In this document: one piece after another, positions 1 through 14,670 of the stretch
How the letters are laid out: every line of letters begins with the position of its first letter
How positions within the stretch are numbered: the stretch's first letter is position 1
Assembly (NCBI GenBank): GCA_951406725.2
Contig: OX597831.1
Location: forward strand, 29,822,001 to 29,886,000
Source of the DNA: Octopus vulgaris
Lineage: Eukaryota
DNA length: 64,000 bases
Direction of reading: 5' to 3'
Notes under the pieces: generated by a model
Seen by the model: the letters and a program-made list of their open reading frames with translations, nothing else
Told to the model about the DNA's origin: nothing
Databases searched by the model: none
Translations under genes and position numbers: made by a program

Positions 1-807
1 ACATGTAGTGCATATGAGGCTATCCACCGTACACACACACAGACACGTGTGTATGTGTATGAATATGTGTATGAATGTGCGCGTATGTGCGTGTGTACGT
101 GACTCTTTTATGTGTGTGTGTTTCTGTGTGTGTGTGTATGAGTGCGCGCAGTTGTGTGACCGAGCTATTTTTAGACCAGTTGAACGTACAGCATGTCCTG
201 AAACAGTTACAGGAGCCAGGAGGACACCATTATTAGCAGAGAAGATTTCTGGTCTCTTCCTGACTTCACAAGGAACAAACCATTGCACTCATCTCCCTCT
301 CTTCCTTATTCCTTCCCCCTCCATCATCCCCCCACTCTCTTTCTCTCTCTCCCTCTACACTATATAACCCCCCTCTCTTTCTCTTGCTCTCTCTTTTGAT
401 TCTCGTCGACATTCCCTTATCCGTCTCTGCTATTTTCTCTCTCACTCGTTCACCTCCTCCCACCTTATATCACCATCCTTCTCTCTTTCTCAGTCTTTCT
501 TTCTCTCTCTCACACGCGCGCGCGCACACACTCACACGCGCGCGCGCACACACTCACACATATACATACACACCCATTTACAAATGTTGTATACGCATTT
601 AAACACAACCTCCCGCTAACAAAGACAACATAACGAATGTTGTTCTTGTGGCGATTGTGATGTTTGTGTTGGATGTTGTAGTCGCAGTAGTAGCGGTGAT
701 GGTGATGGTGGTACTGGTGGTGGTGGTGATAGTGGTGATGGATTTGTTGGTGGTAGTGGTGCTCGTCGCCATCGTTGCGTTGGTCTCCTTGTATTTATAA
801 GTTTTCT

Positions 808-1515
808 TAAGGCAGCGACCTGACGGAACCTTTAGCACCCCGGGCAAAATGCGTTGCGCCATTTCGTCAGTCCGTCTTTACGTTCCGAGTTCAAATTCCG
901 CTGAGGTCGATCGATTTTGCTTTTCATACTTTCGGAATTGATAAAAAGAATACTACCAGTCGGACATTGGGGTCGATGTAATTGACTAGCTCTCACCCCC
1001 GGTATTGCTGGCCTTGTGCCAGACTTTGAAGCCTATGTCTTATTAAGGCGGCGAGCTGGCAGAAACGTTAGCGCGCCGGGCGAAATGCGTAGCCGTATTT
1101 CGTCTGCCGTTACGTTCTGAGTTCAAATTCCGCCGAGGTCGACTTTGACTTTCATCCTTTCGGGGTCGATTAAATAAGTACCAGTTACGCACTGGGGTCG
1201 ATGTAATCGACTTAATCTGTTTGTCTGTCCTTGTTTGTCCCCTCTGTGTTTAGCCCCTTGTGGGTAGTAAAGAGATGAAAATCGTTAGCACAGCAACATT
1301 TCTTGCAGATCTTCACGTTCTGAGTTCAAATTCCGCCGAGGTTGATCGACTTCGCCTTTCATACTTTCGGAGTTGATAAAAAAATTTTTTTTAAGTACCA
1401 GTCGGAGTTCGGGGCCGATAAAATAAGAAGAAGTTGAGTAATGAGGTCCGATGTAAATCAACTTCGCCCCCTCTATCAAAATTTCACACCTCGTGCCTAG
1501 ACGAGAAAGAATTAG
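808..1515 (+). mobile_element. Cluster of three tRNA-derived SINE family A copies (about 808-1035, 1045-1277, 1281-1515)
   Basis: Head GGCGGCGAGCTGGCAGAAACGTTAG (A-box-like), B-box GAGTTCAAATTCC and core like CTTTCATCCTTTCGGGGTCGAT..AAGTACCAG. The same sequence recurs many times in the window. Confidence 0.85.
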
Positions 1516-1882
1516 TCATTTGACTGGCGCCATGCTGGAGCAGCCGCGTTAAAGAGTTTTAGTCGAAGAAATCGACTCTTTGTAAGCCTAGTACTTATTT
1601 TATCGATGTCTTTTGCAGAACTGCTAGCTTACGGAGACGTAAACACACCAACATCGGTTGTCAAGCGATGGTGGGGGGACAAACACTGACACAAAGACAC
1701 ATATGTAAATATATATTCATATATATATACAACGGACTTCTTTCAGTTTCCGTCTACCAAATCCACTTACAATGCTTTAGACGGCCCGAGGCAATGGTAG
1801 AACACACTTACCCAAGGTGCCACGCAGTGGCCTTGAACTCGGAACCATGTGGTTGGGAAGCAAGCTTCTTAACCACACAGTC
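1515..1882 (-). mobile_element. SINE family B (tRNA head, CORE-like GCACCTTGGGCAAGT segment, internal microsatellite, LINE-like tail)
   Basis: Reverse complement matches the family B copies at 3732, 11947, 29584, 37046 and 37975. Confidence 0.85.
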
Positions 1883-2039
1883 ACAATTATTACATTCATC
1901 AAGAATATAACATAGGCGTCACGAAAATAATATAATTTAATTATCGAGATCGTTTTAATTGAATACCCCCACTCCATATTATGCCTAAGTCAAAAAGTGT
2001 TATAGTTTATGAAAGTGTTATAGTTTCAATTAATGTTGG

Positions 2040-2582
2040 AACTAGGCCACGCACCTTCACTAAAGAGCCGGAGCAAATATATCACCATGATTGAACCTTT
2101 GGGATCACTGAACCCCACTGAACGAGACACCAGCCCATCGCAGGGTTACTAGTTAAAAGCTGAGAGGACTGCAGAAATGTGAAATGAAGTGTCTTGCTCA
2201 AGAACATAACACATCGCCTGGTCTGCGAATCGAAACGACGGTCTTGCGATCGTGAGCGCAGTGCCCTAACCTCCAGGTCAAACGCCTTCACTAAAGAGCC
2301 GAAACAAGTACCTCATCATCATCATGATGGTACCTTGGACATTACTGTCTCGAGTGTTAGAACTCTTAGAGCCAGTTACTCGATTTCCAAGACGTTTAAA
2401 ATGAGTGGAATAATTTCCTCCCTGAACGAGATACCAGACCATTGCAGGGTTTACTAGTTTAACACTAAGCGGACCGTAGAAATGTGAAATGAAGAACACA
2501 ACACATCGCCCGGTCTGCGAATCGAAACAACAACTTTGCGATCGTGTGTGCAACACGCTAACCTTTTGGCCACGTGCCTTTG
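2040..2582 (-). mobile_element. Tandem SINE family D copies with duplicated flank
   Basis: On the minus strand, two tRNA-like heads with B-box-like GTTTCGATTC; the first is followed by TGTTCTTGAGCAAGACACTT. CCTTCACTAAAGAGCCG occurs at about 2054 and 2285. Confidence 0.7.
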
Positions 2583-3399
2583 CCCAAAATGTTGAACCAC
2601 ACAAAATTGGTGTGCCTCAGTTTTTATACTGTTTCTTTGCTTGATTATTTATTTACTAATTTATCATCATATACAGGGTTCGATCCGACAGAAAGGTAGC
2701 TTGTGTGAATCTCGTGTCGGTCCGAGCTTTGTGAGTGAAATTGGGTAAACGGAAACGACGAAAAAGCCCGCTGGGTGGATTGTAACTGTAATTGTAACTG
2801 CCTTGTCAGGAATACTCAGATATTTGTTCGATGATCCAATGAGCAGAGTGTACCGTGGATAGAAAAGATAAGTACTCATCTTCGAGTACGACGGAGGATC
2901 TGTCATTTCTGCGCGCGCACGCGCGTGTGTGTATGTATACTCGTATGTATGTTTGTGTGTGTGTACATATATGTACATGCATATGCATGTAAGTATCTAT
3001 CTATGTATGCGTGCGTCTGTCCGCCTGTATTATGTACATATGTATATGGGTGTATACATACATAAATGTATATACATATATATAAATATATATATTAAAT
3101 GTGTGTGGATGGGTACATATATAGCTTGTATATGTATAAAGTTGCTTATATAATAAAAGAATGTATACGTACATATATTTATGTATGCGCATGTGCGTGT
3201 GTCTGTGATATTTATATTTATACACACACACATACACACACACATATATATATATACGCTTATATACAGCGACACATGAATAAGATATACATGCGTGTAT
3301 GTGGATGGGTGTGTATGGGTGTTTGTGAATGCATGTAGAAAACTTAAGGGGGTTAAATATCAGCCGTATCATTATCATCATCATTATTATTATTATTAT

Positions 3400-3446
<47 letters not shown>

Positions 3447-3731
3447 TTTTATTCTACACGTCATTACAGTCCCTTGTCTCGTATTTAACATTTCAACTGA
3501 TGAGTTAGAATCTAACCTCCTGCATACCTGAATATTGACCTAGTGGCCCCTTTTTATAACCTCTTTCTGGGGAATACTGCATATCTGTATTCCCACACAA
3601 AACGCTGAGTGCGTTGCGCATGCGCGTGATGCGTGTGTTGTTGTGCGCATGTATTGGCATACATATATACATACATACATACATCATAATACATATATAT
3701 ATATACACATATACATACTTATATATATATA

Positions 3732-4075
3732 AGCGCAGGAGTGGGTGTGTGGTATGTAACTTGCTTACCAACCTCATGGTTCCGGGTTCATTCCCACTGT
3801 GTGGCACCTTGGGCAAGTATCTTCTAGTATAGTCTCGGGCCGACCAAAGCCTTGTGAGTCGATTTGGAAGACGGGAACTGAAAGCCCGCCGTATATATGT
3901 ATATATATATGTATGTGTGTGTATATGTTTGTGTGGCGTGTTTACGTCCCCGTAACATTTGCGGTTCGGCAAAAGAGACCGATAGAATAAGTATTAGGCT
4001 TCCAAAGAATAGGTCCTGGGGTTTATTTGCTCGACTAAAGGTGGAGCTACAGCAAGTAAAAGAGAAAAGAGAGAG

Positions 4076-4078
<3 letters not shown>
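3732..4078 (+). mobile_element. SINE family B
   Basis: GCGCAGGAGTGG..GTGTGG head, GGTTCCGGGTTCA, GGCACCTTGGGCAAGT, internal (TA/TG)n, 3' end AAGTAAAAGAG. Confidence 0.85.
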
Positions 4079-4128
<50 letters not shown>

Positions 4129-4199
4129 AACAGGCGTGGCTATGTGGTAATATAAATATATATATATATACATTTTTCAAAATGTAACCACATGTGAAT

Positions 4200-4395
4200 C
4201 GTTGGCGATTTTTTTCCTCCGTTTTCCTTTTCTCTTGGACTTTCCTCTGTCTCCTGTTCTTGATGAAGAGCTTTGCTCGAAACGTAAAACCACCTTTCTT
4301 TCTTACCCTGAGCGTCTGCTAATACTTTACATGTACCACATCCTCGTGTTGTTTTTTTGTGTTTGTTCTTTTGGGTGGGGGCGGATTTAATACAT
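4200..4395 (+). mobile_element. Penelope-like element terminus with degenerate minimal hammerhead (4256-4290)
   Basis: GTTC-TTGATGA-A-GAGC ttt GCTC-GAAAC-GTA-AAAC, then CCTGAGCGTC..TAATAC and a T-rich stretch ending in (TA)n. Paralogous to 10540-10757 and 21900-22115. Confidence 0.6.
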
Positions 4396-4412
4396 ATATA
4401 TATGTGGGGGCG

Positions 4413-4443
<31 letters not shown>

Positions 4444-4727
4444 GCATACATATATAGCTGTGTCTTTATGTCTACTTCTAGATGTAGTTGCCTGTATTAC
4501 ATACGTATGTCTTTACGTATCAAGGCATATTTCATCACATGAGTGCGGTTAAGATTTCCTTTACGGCGGACTTCTGAATGATTAGACAATCGCGTTTAAC
4601 TTCAAAAACTCCGAGTAATGACCGCGTTAGTCACAAATTGACCACATTCGCACCAATAAATTCTACATATTATATTTGGGTGTATATTTTCTTCGTTTAT
4701 AGACGCACATACACACATACGTACACA

Positions 4728-4801
<74 letters not shown>

Positions 4802-4926
4802 CATACATATATATGTGTGTGTATATACATGTATATATATATATATACACATACATATATATACTTTTTAAAGGTACATTAATATATTTAGATTTATATA
4901 TATAAATATATATACATAAATGTATG

Positions 4927-4984
<58 letters not shown>

Positions 4985-5027
4985 GGGAGAGAGACAGACA
5001 GATAGACATACATACAGATAGATAGAC

Positions 5028-5100
<73 letters not shown>

Positions 5101-5186
5101 TACATATACTGCGCAATCTTGCACATTTTTGTATGTGTATGATATATTTTGTACGTATGGTGTGTGTATGCGTACAGTGAATAGTT

Positions 5187-5230
<44 letters not shown>

Positions 5231-6311
5231 TGAGTGAGTGAGTGAGTGAGAGAGAAGGAGAGGGAGTTACGTGTGACCAAAATGTTAACCTTCAACTGGA
5301 GTATGGTTTTAGTGATGTGAAATGGGGTGGGGGATGTAATTAAAGGCCCCCAGGGTCAATTGTGTAACATTATTAACGTGTGCATGTTATGGGCTGGATG
5401 ACGTTAGTGGCTGGCGGTAAAGGTGGTGGTGGAGAGGGTAGACTGTTGGTGACTGGGAGGGGTGGTTGGCGGTGGTGGCTCGGTGGTTTATGGTGGTGTG
5501 GGTGGTGACGACGAGACGGGGACAGTTGGGTGGTAGATGGGTCGCAGATTGTGGTGTATAGTCATGGGAGCTGGGTAGTGGTAGTTATCATGATGTTTGT
5601 TGTTGTTGTTGTTGTTGTTGTTGGTAGTGGTGGTGATGGTGGTGGTGTTGGTGGTGGTGGTGATTGCAAGGGGTGGTTAGTTTTTAGATGGGTTGTGGAT
5701 GGCGGTGGTTGGTGGTGGTAACTGCTATATGGTAGCTGGGTGGTAAGCTATATGAGATCGAGTGGTGGCTGTTTTAGAAGGGTAGGCGTTGCCGGTCAAT
5801 AAATTATGAGTAGTAGGGACCTTAATTAAATAACACCAATACAAACATATCTGAAACCTTATTTCTCTATTCTCCTCCCTTCCAGCCTCTCTTTTCATCC
5901 CTCTTTTTTTTCAAGCCCATTGTTTTATTAAACCCATGTGTTATAAATAAGTGATGTCCGTTATCTCATACTCAGTGTAAAATGTGGATAGACTGGAGAA
6001 GGGGTGCACATTTATCTATTTGTTTACTTCAGTATCTTAATTTGATGTAGGATGGGGAATTGGTAGGACCAGTAGAATCGTTAGCGATATTTAGTTGCGT
6101 TCAAATGCTGCTAAGACCGATAAAATAAAGTATCAAGCAAGTTCTGGGGGTCGATATAAGGACTAACCCGTCCCCAGAATAATTGCACTTTTGCCTTGCC
6201 TTTCATCCTTTCGGTGATCGATGAAATAAGTACTTGTTTAACACTGGAGTCAATGAAATCGACTAGTTCCCTACACACGAAATTTTAGGCCTCGTGCCTT
6301 TAGTATAAAGG

Positions 6312-6377
<66 letters not shown>

Positions 6378-6932
6378 GAGTGAGAGAGCAGTTCATGCCA
6401 TCAAAGTGACACTGGGATAAAATATAAGAAGCCCAGTATACCCATCATGACTACCCGTCTGATAAGGGTACACTAGGCACATGCATCACAACCATATGTG
6501 CGCGACATGGTGATCTCATATCAAAATAAACAGCACATGACCTTGCAGGTGGGGCCCAGTTAGAATTTTCTTCAGGTCGAGTAACCCATCCCACTCGAAA
6601 GGTCCCTGAATAAGGGTTGTTTAAGGATGTTGAACGAAACACCCATGTTTCCAGAGGTGAATTATTCAAACCCCAAAGAATCCCTCTCAACACATGGCTA
6701 TGATGCTCCCCCACTACTTCTGCTCGTGATCAGAGATGCACATATCGTCAGCCACTAAGGGACATGCTCAACTGGTTAAGGTCAAACAACTGACAAGCAA
6801 ATCTGTGGTATTGAGCAGAATATTTGCTGTAGCCCATCTTTTATACCAAGACAAAACTATGTACATGATAACACTTCCAATCAGTTAAGATCAGAAGCCA
6901 TGACAGGAAATGTTAGGTATTGCATCAGGGCC
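6378..6932 (-). mobile_element. Family C ~550-bp non-coding interspersed repeat abutting (ATT)n
   Basis: Colinear with 13748-14191 and 44700-45238, bounded by TGAGTGAGAGAGCAG... and ...GCATCAGGGC. Strand inferred from the (AAT)n tail. Confidence 0.8.
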
Positions 6933-7050
6933 TTGATATTATTTTGACAAGGGCTTTATGTTCTGAATTCAAATTCCACCATAAGGATAAAGAGCGAAGT
7001 CGACTTCGGTGGCATTAGAATCCCCCTTTCATATGATGATGATGATGATG

Positions 7051-7119
<69 letters not shown>

Positions 7120-7885
7120 CTTTCAAGGGCCACGAGGGACATTTAATGATGATAATAAACATATTTAAAATGTAAGTAAAATAGTTTATCACAGCAAAAA
7201 TGAAAAGTGATGAGGTTTTTTTTAAAGAAAAATTTGTTGCTTTTGCATAAAAAAAAAGCAACAGCTTAGAAAAGAAAAAAATGGATAGGAATTAAAAGAG
7301 GAAAAAATTATGTCTAACCAATTTATTCTTTGTTGCTTTGGGAGGGTCTTTTCATAAGCCTACATAATAATTCTTCCTTCCCTCACCGAACATACGAAAT
7401 TAATAAGTAAACAGAAGGTCTTAAGAACAACCTTGAAGACATCAAAAAACAACAACAACAACAACGATAACAATAATAGTAATAGTAATAATAATAAATA
7501 ACATTGTACATTGTTATTAGAGTTCTAAGATGGAACACTTATTTTGACGACTGTTTACGCTATTAAGAGAAATTATTTGTTCAACGGATATGCTTGTGTT
7601 TATATTTAAAGCGAATAGAATTGTTCAGCTTGTTCCCAGCGAACAATTAACGGTGGTGGGCGAAGAAGGAATCTCCTAGTAGCATAACATTGTGATGTCA
7701 TTACAATTACCATTGTTTTCAAATTCTTCCTTCTTTTTCTTTTTGGTTAATATTTGTTTGTTATTATATGTTTCAAGTTAAGTCTGAGGAAGTAGAGCCG
7801 CTTCCATGAATACATAAGTCTATTTAAAGGCCTTCCCCATGTTGCCTGCACTCATTGGGAAGTGAAGCTAAGCATGGTGTAAAGT

Positions 7886-8043
7886 AAGCATGGGTAACGT
7901 TTTTCGACATGTGGGCCGCATGAGACATGAATCATCATCATCATCACCATCATCTTCATCATCAGGCGGGACGCACTACTAAAAATAGTCAAGGTAATTT
8001 TTCATTCGGGGGTGCTTGCGGGACACAGTTTGCCCGTGGCTGG
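7886..8043. mobile_element. Degraded hAT-like MITE
   Basis: Imperfect inverted ends GCATGGGTAAC ... TTTGCCCGTGGCTG with internal GGGCCGCA, resembling Charlie-type non-autonomous elements. Confidence 0.4.
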
Positions 8044-8925
8044 TCTAAAGGTGTTATGGGAGAATCCTGTACAGCCACCACGTGACTGAAAGTGGACTAA
8101 CGGATTTCAGTAGATAAAGAACCGTGTGAACTTTGAACTTTCAGGGGCGGTTAACTGTGTTGGTCGAGCGTATTGGTTACTGTGCTAGTACGACGTGTGT
8201 TCGCTTAATATAGTACCTACGTTCGAGAAGTACGAAACGCGTTCTGTGTGACCATGATAATTCTACGATAGGTTATTTTAGATAACCACATTCTAAATTT
8301 TTATTTGGGTAATACTATTTTACACCCGACGTGTACACGCACGTCATAACAAAAGGAAACATAAAAACACCAATCAATGGTGATCCCCCAATCCAAGACA
8401 TTCACTCGCAGATCAAGCCCCGTGTTCTATTAAGCTGAAAATCTCTATGAAATCTTTCCCACTTGTACATGGATTTTGACCAGAATTGATCAACATCCGT
8501 TAATGATATATCGCCTGAAAGAAATGAATGCTTGAACATAACCTACTCGGCGTCCATGGATACTACGGACTGCATTGTGATCATCCCAGGAATGCGCACA
8601 CTGATCTTAAGAAACACGGAATTTGTAGAAACGCGCGTAGCGATGCATTATAATATTTATAAATTCTTCTTCTTCTTCTTCTTCTTCTTCTTCTTCTGAT
8701 TATTATTATTATAATTATTATTACTACTACTGCTGCTGCTGCTGCTGCTACTACTACTACTACTATATGTGTGTGTGTATTACGTATTACGCAGATCTGA
8801 AACGTACGCATTAAATGCTTTCAAAATAACCATTATTTGGTTTGACTTCATTGTTACATTTAACACACACACACACACACACACATGCATATATAAATAC
8901 ATAAATGCATGCATACATACATACA

Positions 8926-8956
<31 letters not shown>

Positions 8957-9099
8957 CCTCCTACTAACGTGGAATGTAAGCCTCTTACGATTGCATGACT
9001 TTGTAACATAATCACTAACTTCCTAGTCATGATTAGCAGAAGCGAAACCGGTCAACTATGTAAATCTTACAAGTAGCTCAGTTTCTTCCTGGCTCATAT

Positions 9100-9515
9100 G
9101 ACTTCAGATGGCTGACAAACTCAGCACTTGAAAAAAGAAATCGTGCATTCATATTGCATTCATTTCCTGTTGGGTTTCTGCTGTCCCTACATGTGGATCT
9201 CGCTTACGAAGAGAACACTCAAAAGCAGTATGTTCCATTGGCTTGTGTTCAAAGACACCACATCTGTACCTGGTAGTGTCTTTCAACGATGTACAACTTC
9301 CAGCCAATGTCTCCCAGAGTCCCATATCGATCTCCAGAACTTTAAGGTTGCCTTTTTTAACATCTTTAAAGCTCTTCCTGGGTTTGTACTGAGGCCTCTC
9401 TCCTTTAGTGAAACCTCCATAAAATATACACTTGGGCAGCCCGCAATTTTCAATCCTGGCGACATGACCAGCCGGCTCGAAGAATTTCACGTTTTCCCGC
9501 TTTATTTGTAGCCCC
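9100..9515 (-). pseudogene. RTE-clade LINE ORF C-terminal fragment
   Basis: [57 protein letters not shown] fits the RTE/BovB post-RT motif (WAGHV.RM...LPK..FYG.L..G.R....P.K..KD..K..LK...ID...WE.LA). Confidence 0.85.
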
Positions 9516-9544
9516 AAATGGCTTATTTTTTTATATCTAGCACT

Positions 9545-9963
<419 letters not shown>

Positions 9964-10097
9964 TTAAAACGAACATCTGTGTCGTGGCATTTTGGTTTCA
10001 GAAATATGTTTTTCCGATCTATTTCACATTTGGTTCAATCAGAAATATTTTTTAATATAGATGAAACAACAAACAGAAAAGAGAGAGAGAGAGGGGA

Positions 10098-10145
<48 letters not shown>

Positions 10146-10539
10146 AGGGCTAAAAGCAAAGAGACAAAACAAAACAGACAGAAAAATCAGTGAATATAAA
10201 TAATATAATGCATTGATTCTGTTTGCCGTTGTTCACGGTTGTTAGCCATAGCTGAGTCAACAAACATTCTAATTCAATGAGTTGCAAAAAAAAAAAAAAC
10301 AATATGTCTACCCTCTGATCAGCAGCCACACCTGTAACATTATTTTGTATGTGGTTATCACGGTACGCTAACTAACAGCCCTTTTGTTTTCATTTCCGAT
10401 CTGATTCCTATCGATAAACACCTAATATTGATCCCCCACCGCCCATCGTTTAGAATCCCAAATTAGATTATAGATATTTTAATAAATCCTCTTCACGCTC
10501 TCTCTCTCTCTTTCTCTCTGTCTCTCTCCCTCTCTCTCA

Positions 10540-10757
10540 CTATCGCCATGATAGATCGGTAGCCACTACATACATTTTTTTCTCTCCTTTTTTTCTCTCC
10601 TTGTTTCTCTCCTTGTTTTTTTCTGTGTCCCTTTCTGTAGAAGAGCGTAGGCTCGAAACGTAAAAGCCTTTTTCAATTCCTGGGCGTTATACTAATACAC
10701 CTGTTTGTTTTGTACACCACCTGTCTTCGTCTTTTGTTTTTTTTCGTGAACTCTCCC
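10540..10757 (+). mobile_element. Penelope-like element terminus with degenerate hammerhead (10631-10666)
   Basis: CTTT-CTGTAGA-A-GAGC gtag GCTC-GAAAC-GTA-AAAG, then CCTGGGCGT..CTAATAC and a T-rich tail ending in (TA)n. Confidence 0.6.
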
Positions 10758-10802
10758 TATATATATATATATATATATATAGGGCTTGGTATCCGGCTCT
10801 CG

Positions 10803-11440
10803 ACAGGGTGCGACGGGTATTTGAGAACACTTCATTATCCGTACGTAACTCTCTTCAAACTAATTAAAAGGCTTTTAATTCTTTCAAATCCTGCATGGCA
10901 AAAGCTTGCAGTCATTGTTGCCACATGTGCAGAACGTGGCGATTTAAAAATCGTCAGCTTTCTAAATGTTGCAAGATCTTTTGTACACAATGTTCGGATA
11001 GAATTGGAAGCGTTTGGCGCGAATGTTTTGAGTTTATCAACGAGAGAAAAGAAAATTCTAAACATTCGGACCCTGCAATTTATCCAACGGCGTCAAAACA
11101 TTATTGATTATAATGAATACCCTGGAAAATCAAAGGTCCATTGCCCAAGAAATCCAAGTGTCCGAGTGGACTATCAGAACTAGTGCTCGAAAATGTTCCA
11201 AGTCGTATGTACTGAAGAGGGACCCTAGCCATGTCTACTAAGACAAAGGAAAACCGTTTAGTACGTGCCAAGCAGTTGCTTAAAAATTATATGAAAAACT
11301 CTCACGAACCTTACATGCTTTGATTTTCCTCTGATGTAGAAAACGTTGACCAAGACTAGAAGTAAAACGGGAGAAATGATAGATGGCTATGTGCAGGTCT
11401 TTATAATGTCCCCAGAGAGACGCACAAGTTTCTAGCATCA
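10803..11440 (+). pseudogene. Decayed Tc1/mariner-superfamily transposase, DD37D/maT-like, N-terminal half
   Basis: CAGGGTG TIR-like start; HTH-like IVSFLNVARSFVHNVRIEL; RLVRAKQLLK; ML*FSSDVENVDQD*K*NGRNDRWLC resembles the first-Asp motif WFxSDEKxF...NxxNDRW. Contains stops and frameshifts. Confidence 0.7.
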
Positions 11441-11481
11441 ACTCACCTCGCGTCTTTCGACTGATCTTAGGATTAATGATA

Positions 11482-11627
11482 CGTAGCTGTGTGGTAAGAA
11501 GCCTGCTTCACAGCTACATGGTTCCAGGTGCAGTCCCACAGCGTGGTACCTACGGCAAGTATCTTCCACCATAGCCTCAAGCTAACCAAAGCCTTGTGAA
11601 TGGATTTGGTAGACGGAAACTGAAAGA
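11482..11627 (+). mobile_element. SINE family B, 5' half
   Basis: GCTGTGTGGTAAGAAG...CCAAAGCCTTGTGAATGGATTTGGTAGACGGAAACTGAAAGAA. Confidence 0.75.
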
Positions 11628-11946
11628 ACCGGTTTCTAACTTAGATTCAAGGCTCCTTCGTTGGAATTTCAACATCAACAACAGAGTATGTATGTATGTA
11701 TGTATGTATGTATGTATGTATGTATGTATGTATGTATGTATGTATGTATGTATGTATGTATGTGCAGATTTGTATATTTTATGTATGTATTCTCATGCAT
11801 ATAGTTGCATATCTAGACATGCTTGTATATATTTACATGATAAACTTCTGAAAAGTTTTACAGACTTTTACAGTTCCAGTGATGAATTGGATCTGTAGTC
11901 TTCCAATCAGCTTTCTCCTTTCTGGTTTTGAGAAGCCTAATTTCCC

Positions 11947-12095
11947 AAGTAGCTTGCTTACGAACAACATGGTTCCGGTTTCAGTCCCACTTCATGGCAC
12001 CTTGGACAAGTGTTTTCTACTATAGCCTCGGGCCGACCAAAGCCTTGTGAGTGGATTTAGTAGACGGAAACTGAAAGAATCCCGTCGTATATATG

Positions 12096-12154
<59 letters not shown>

Positions 12155-12362
12155 TTGTGTGTCTGTGTTTGTCCCCCCATCGCTTGACAACCGATGCTGG
12201 TGTGTTTACGTCCCCGTAACTTAGCGGTTCGGCAAAAGTAACCGATAGAATAAGTACTAGGCTTAGAAAGAATATGTCCTGGGGGGTCGATGTGCTCGAC
12301 TAAAGGCGGTGCTCCAGCATGGCCACAGTCAAATGACTGAAACAAGTAAAAGAGTAAAAGAG
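11947..12362 (+). mobile_element. SINE family B, near full length
   Basis: Family B body, internal (GT)n, tail AAGGCGGTGCTCCAGCATGGCCACAGTCAAATGACTGAAACAAGTAAAAGAG. Confidence 0.88.
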
Positions 12363-12413
12363 TATAGAGAGAAATGTATACCAGCCTACTCATACACACA
12401 AACACACACACAT

Positions 12414-12451
<38 letters not shown>

Positions 12452-12668
12452 GCAAACACACACGCACACACACACACACACAAATACGTGGCCCATATCT
12501 TGAATCACCAGGTTGCAGTATTTCTGTTCTTCCTCGTATATTCTACAATATGTAAGGCACATGCCATTCCTTCCCCCACCCCCCACTCTCCCACCACCTG
12601 CAACTTAATCCTCACCCACCCTGTCCCTCCACATCTCAACCACACCGTCCTGTCTCTCCCCACTCTCC

Positions 12669-12728
<60 letters not shown>

Positions 12729-12966
12729 CAGGCACAAACGTACACACACAGACACGCGCGCACGCTCATCCTAGTTTTGCTTTCTAAACCTGGGTTTTGT
12801 TAAAAACAAATAAACAAACAAACAAACAGACAGAAGACAAATGAAATTTTGCTGCTATTTCGACAAAGTCGGTTTTGTCCCCAGACACAAAAAAAAAACC
12901 CACCAACATTCACAAACAGCCTCTCGATATGTGTGTGTGTGTGTGTGTATGTGTATCATAGCCAGG

Positions 12967-12998
<32 letters not shown>

Positions 12999-13231
12999 TA
13001 CAAACACATTTATATATACATACACATATATATATACATATATATATACATATATATATATATACATATATATATGTATATATATATATACATATATATA
13101 TACATATGTATATACATATATATATATATACATATATATACATACATATATATATATACATATATATATATAGGCACATATATATATGCACATATTACGT
13201 ATGTGGGTGTTTTATAGCCCAGGTATATGTG

Positions 13232-13275
<44 letters not shown>

Positions 13276-13747
13276 AAATATAAAAATATATACATACATA
13301 TATACATATATATACGTATATACATATATACACACATACACACACACCCACACACCAATTGCTTCTATTCTTGCTACGCCCCATTAAACACACGTCTTCG
13401 TATTCTACCCTTGTGTGCCATTACAAAAGACTTTTTGCCTCCAATTCAATTGTTTTCCAAAATTTAATCTGTTGTTTATTTTCTCTACCTCCACCTCTCT
13501 TTCCCTCTCTTTAAGTGCTCATAAAAAAAAACTTATTATTACCAAACCATAAGGGCCGTGGTTTGGGTAGACACGTTACATCCCGTGTTCAAATCGTAAC
13601 AAGGTCAACTTTGGTTTTTATCTCTCCGTTATCCATAAAAATATGATACCAGTTATATACGTAGGTCAATATCTATGTGTATGTATCTGTGATACATTTG
13701 TATAGTTCTATGTATACACATACATGCATACACACACACATTTTTTA

Positions 13748-14191
13748 CTGAGTGAGAGTGATAAGGCTACACCAGGTATATGGGCGGTGACCTTGGATTA
13801 AGATAAACAGCGCAAGGCCTTGCAGGTGGGGCCCAGTTAGAATTTTCTTCAGGTCGAGTAGTCCATCCCGCTCAAAAGGTCGCTGAATAAGGGTTGTTTA
13901 AGAACGTTGAACGAAACACCAATGTTTCCAGAGGTGAATTATTCAAGCCCGCAAAAATTTTCTCTATTTCTGCTTCTGATCACAGATGCATATATCGTCG
14001 GCCACTAAGGGACATGCGCAACTAGTTAAGATGAAACAACTGACAGGCAAATCTGAGACATTTAGCAGAATATTTGCTGTAGCCCATCTTTTATACTAAG
14101 AAAAAACGATGTACATGATAACACTTCCAGTCATGATAACACTTCCAAGATCAGAAGCCATAGGAGCCAGTGCTTGGTGCTGCATCAGGCA
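13748..14191 (-). mobile_element. Family C repeat, internally deleted copy, followed by long (ATT)n
   Basis: Shares CCTTGCAGGTGGGGCCCAGTTAGAATTTTCTTCAGGTCGAGTA and GCATCAGG with the 6378 copy; near-identical in the 44700 copy. Confidence 0.8.
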
Positions 14192-14195
14192 TTAC

Positions 14196-14261
<66 letters not shown>

Positions 14262-14302
14262 TATTATCATTATTATTATTATTACTATTATTTTTATTTT
14301 TA

Positions 14303-14378
<76 letters not shown>

Positions 14379-14489
14379 CATCATTATCATTATCATTATT
14401 ATCATTGGAAAGGGAAAGCACGCCGGACAAAATGGTTAGACGTATTTAGTCCGCCGAGGTTAATTTTGTCTTTCATCCTTTCAGGGTCG

Positions 14490-14550
<61 letters not shown>

Positions 14551-14596
14551 AATATATATATATATATGTATGTATATCTGTATATATATATATATG

Positions 14597-14670
<74 letters not shown>

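Noticed and set aside
3497-3520. CTGATGA followed by hairpin GTTAG/CTAAC
   Set aside because: No GAAA after the stem.
8050-8640. Complex sequence that might be a decayed RT or a host exon
   Set aside because: No convincing protein motif or splice-flanked open frame found by eye.
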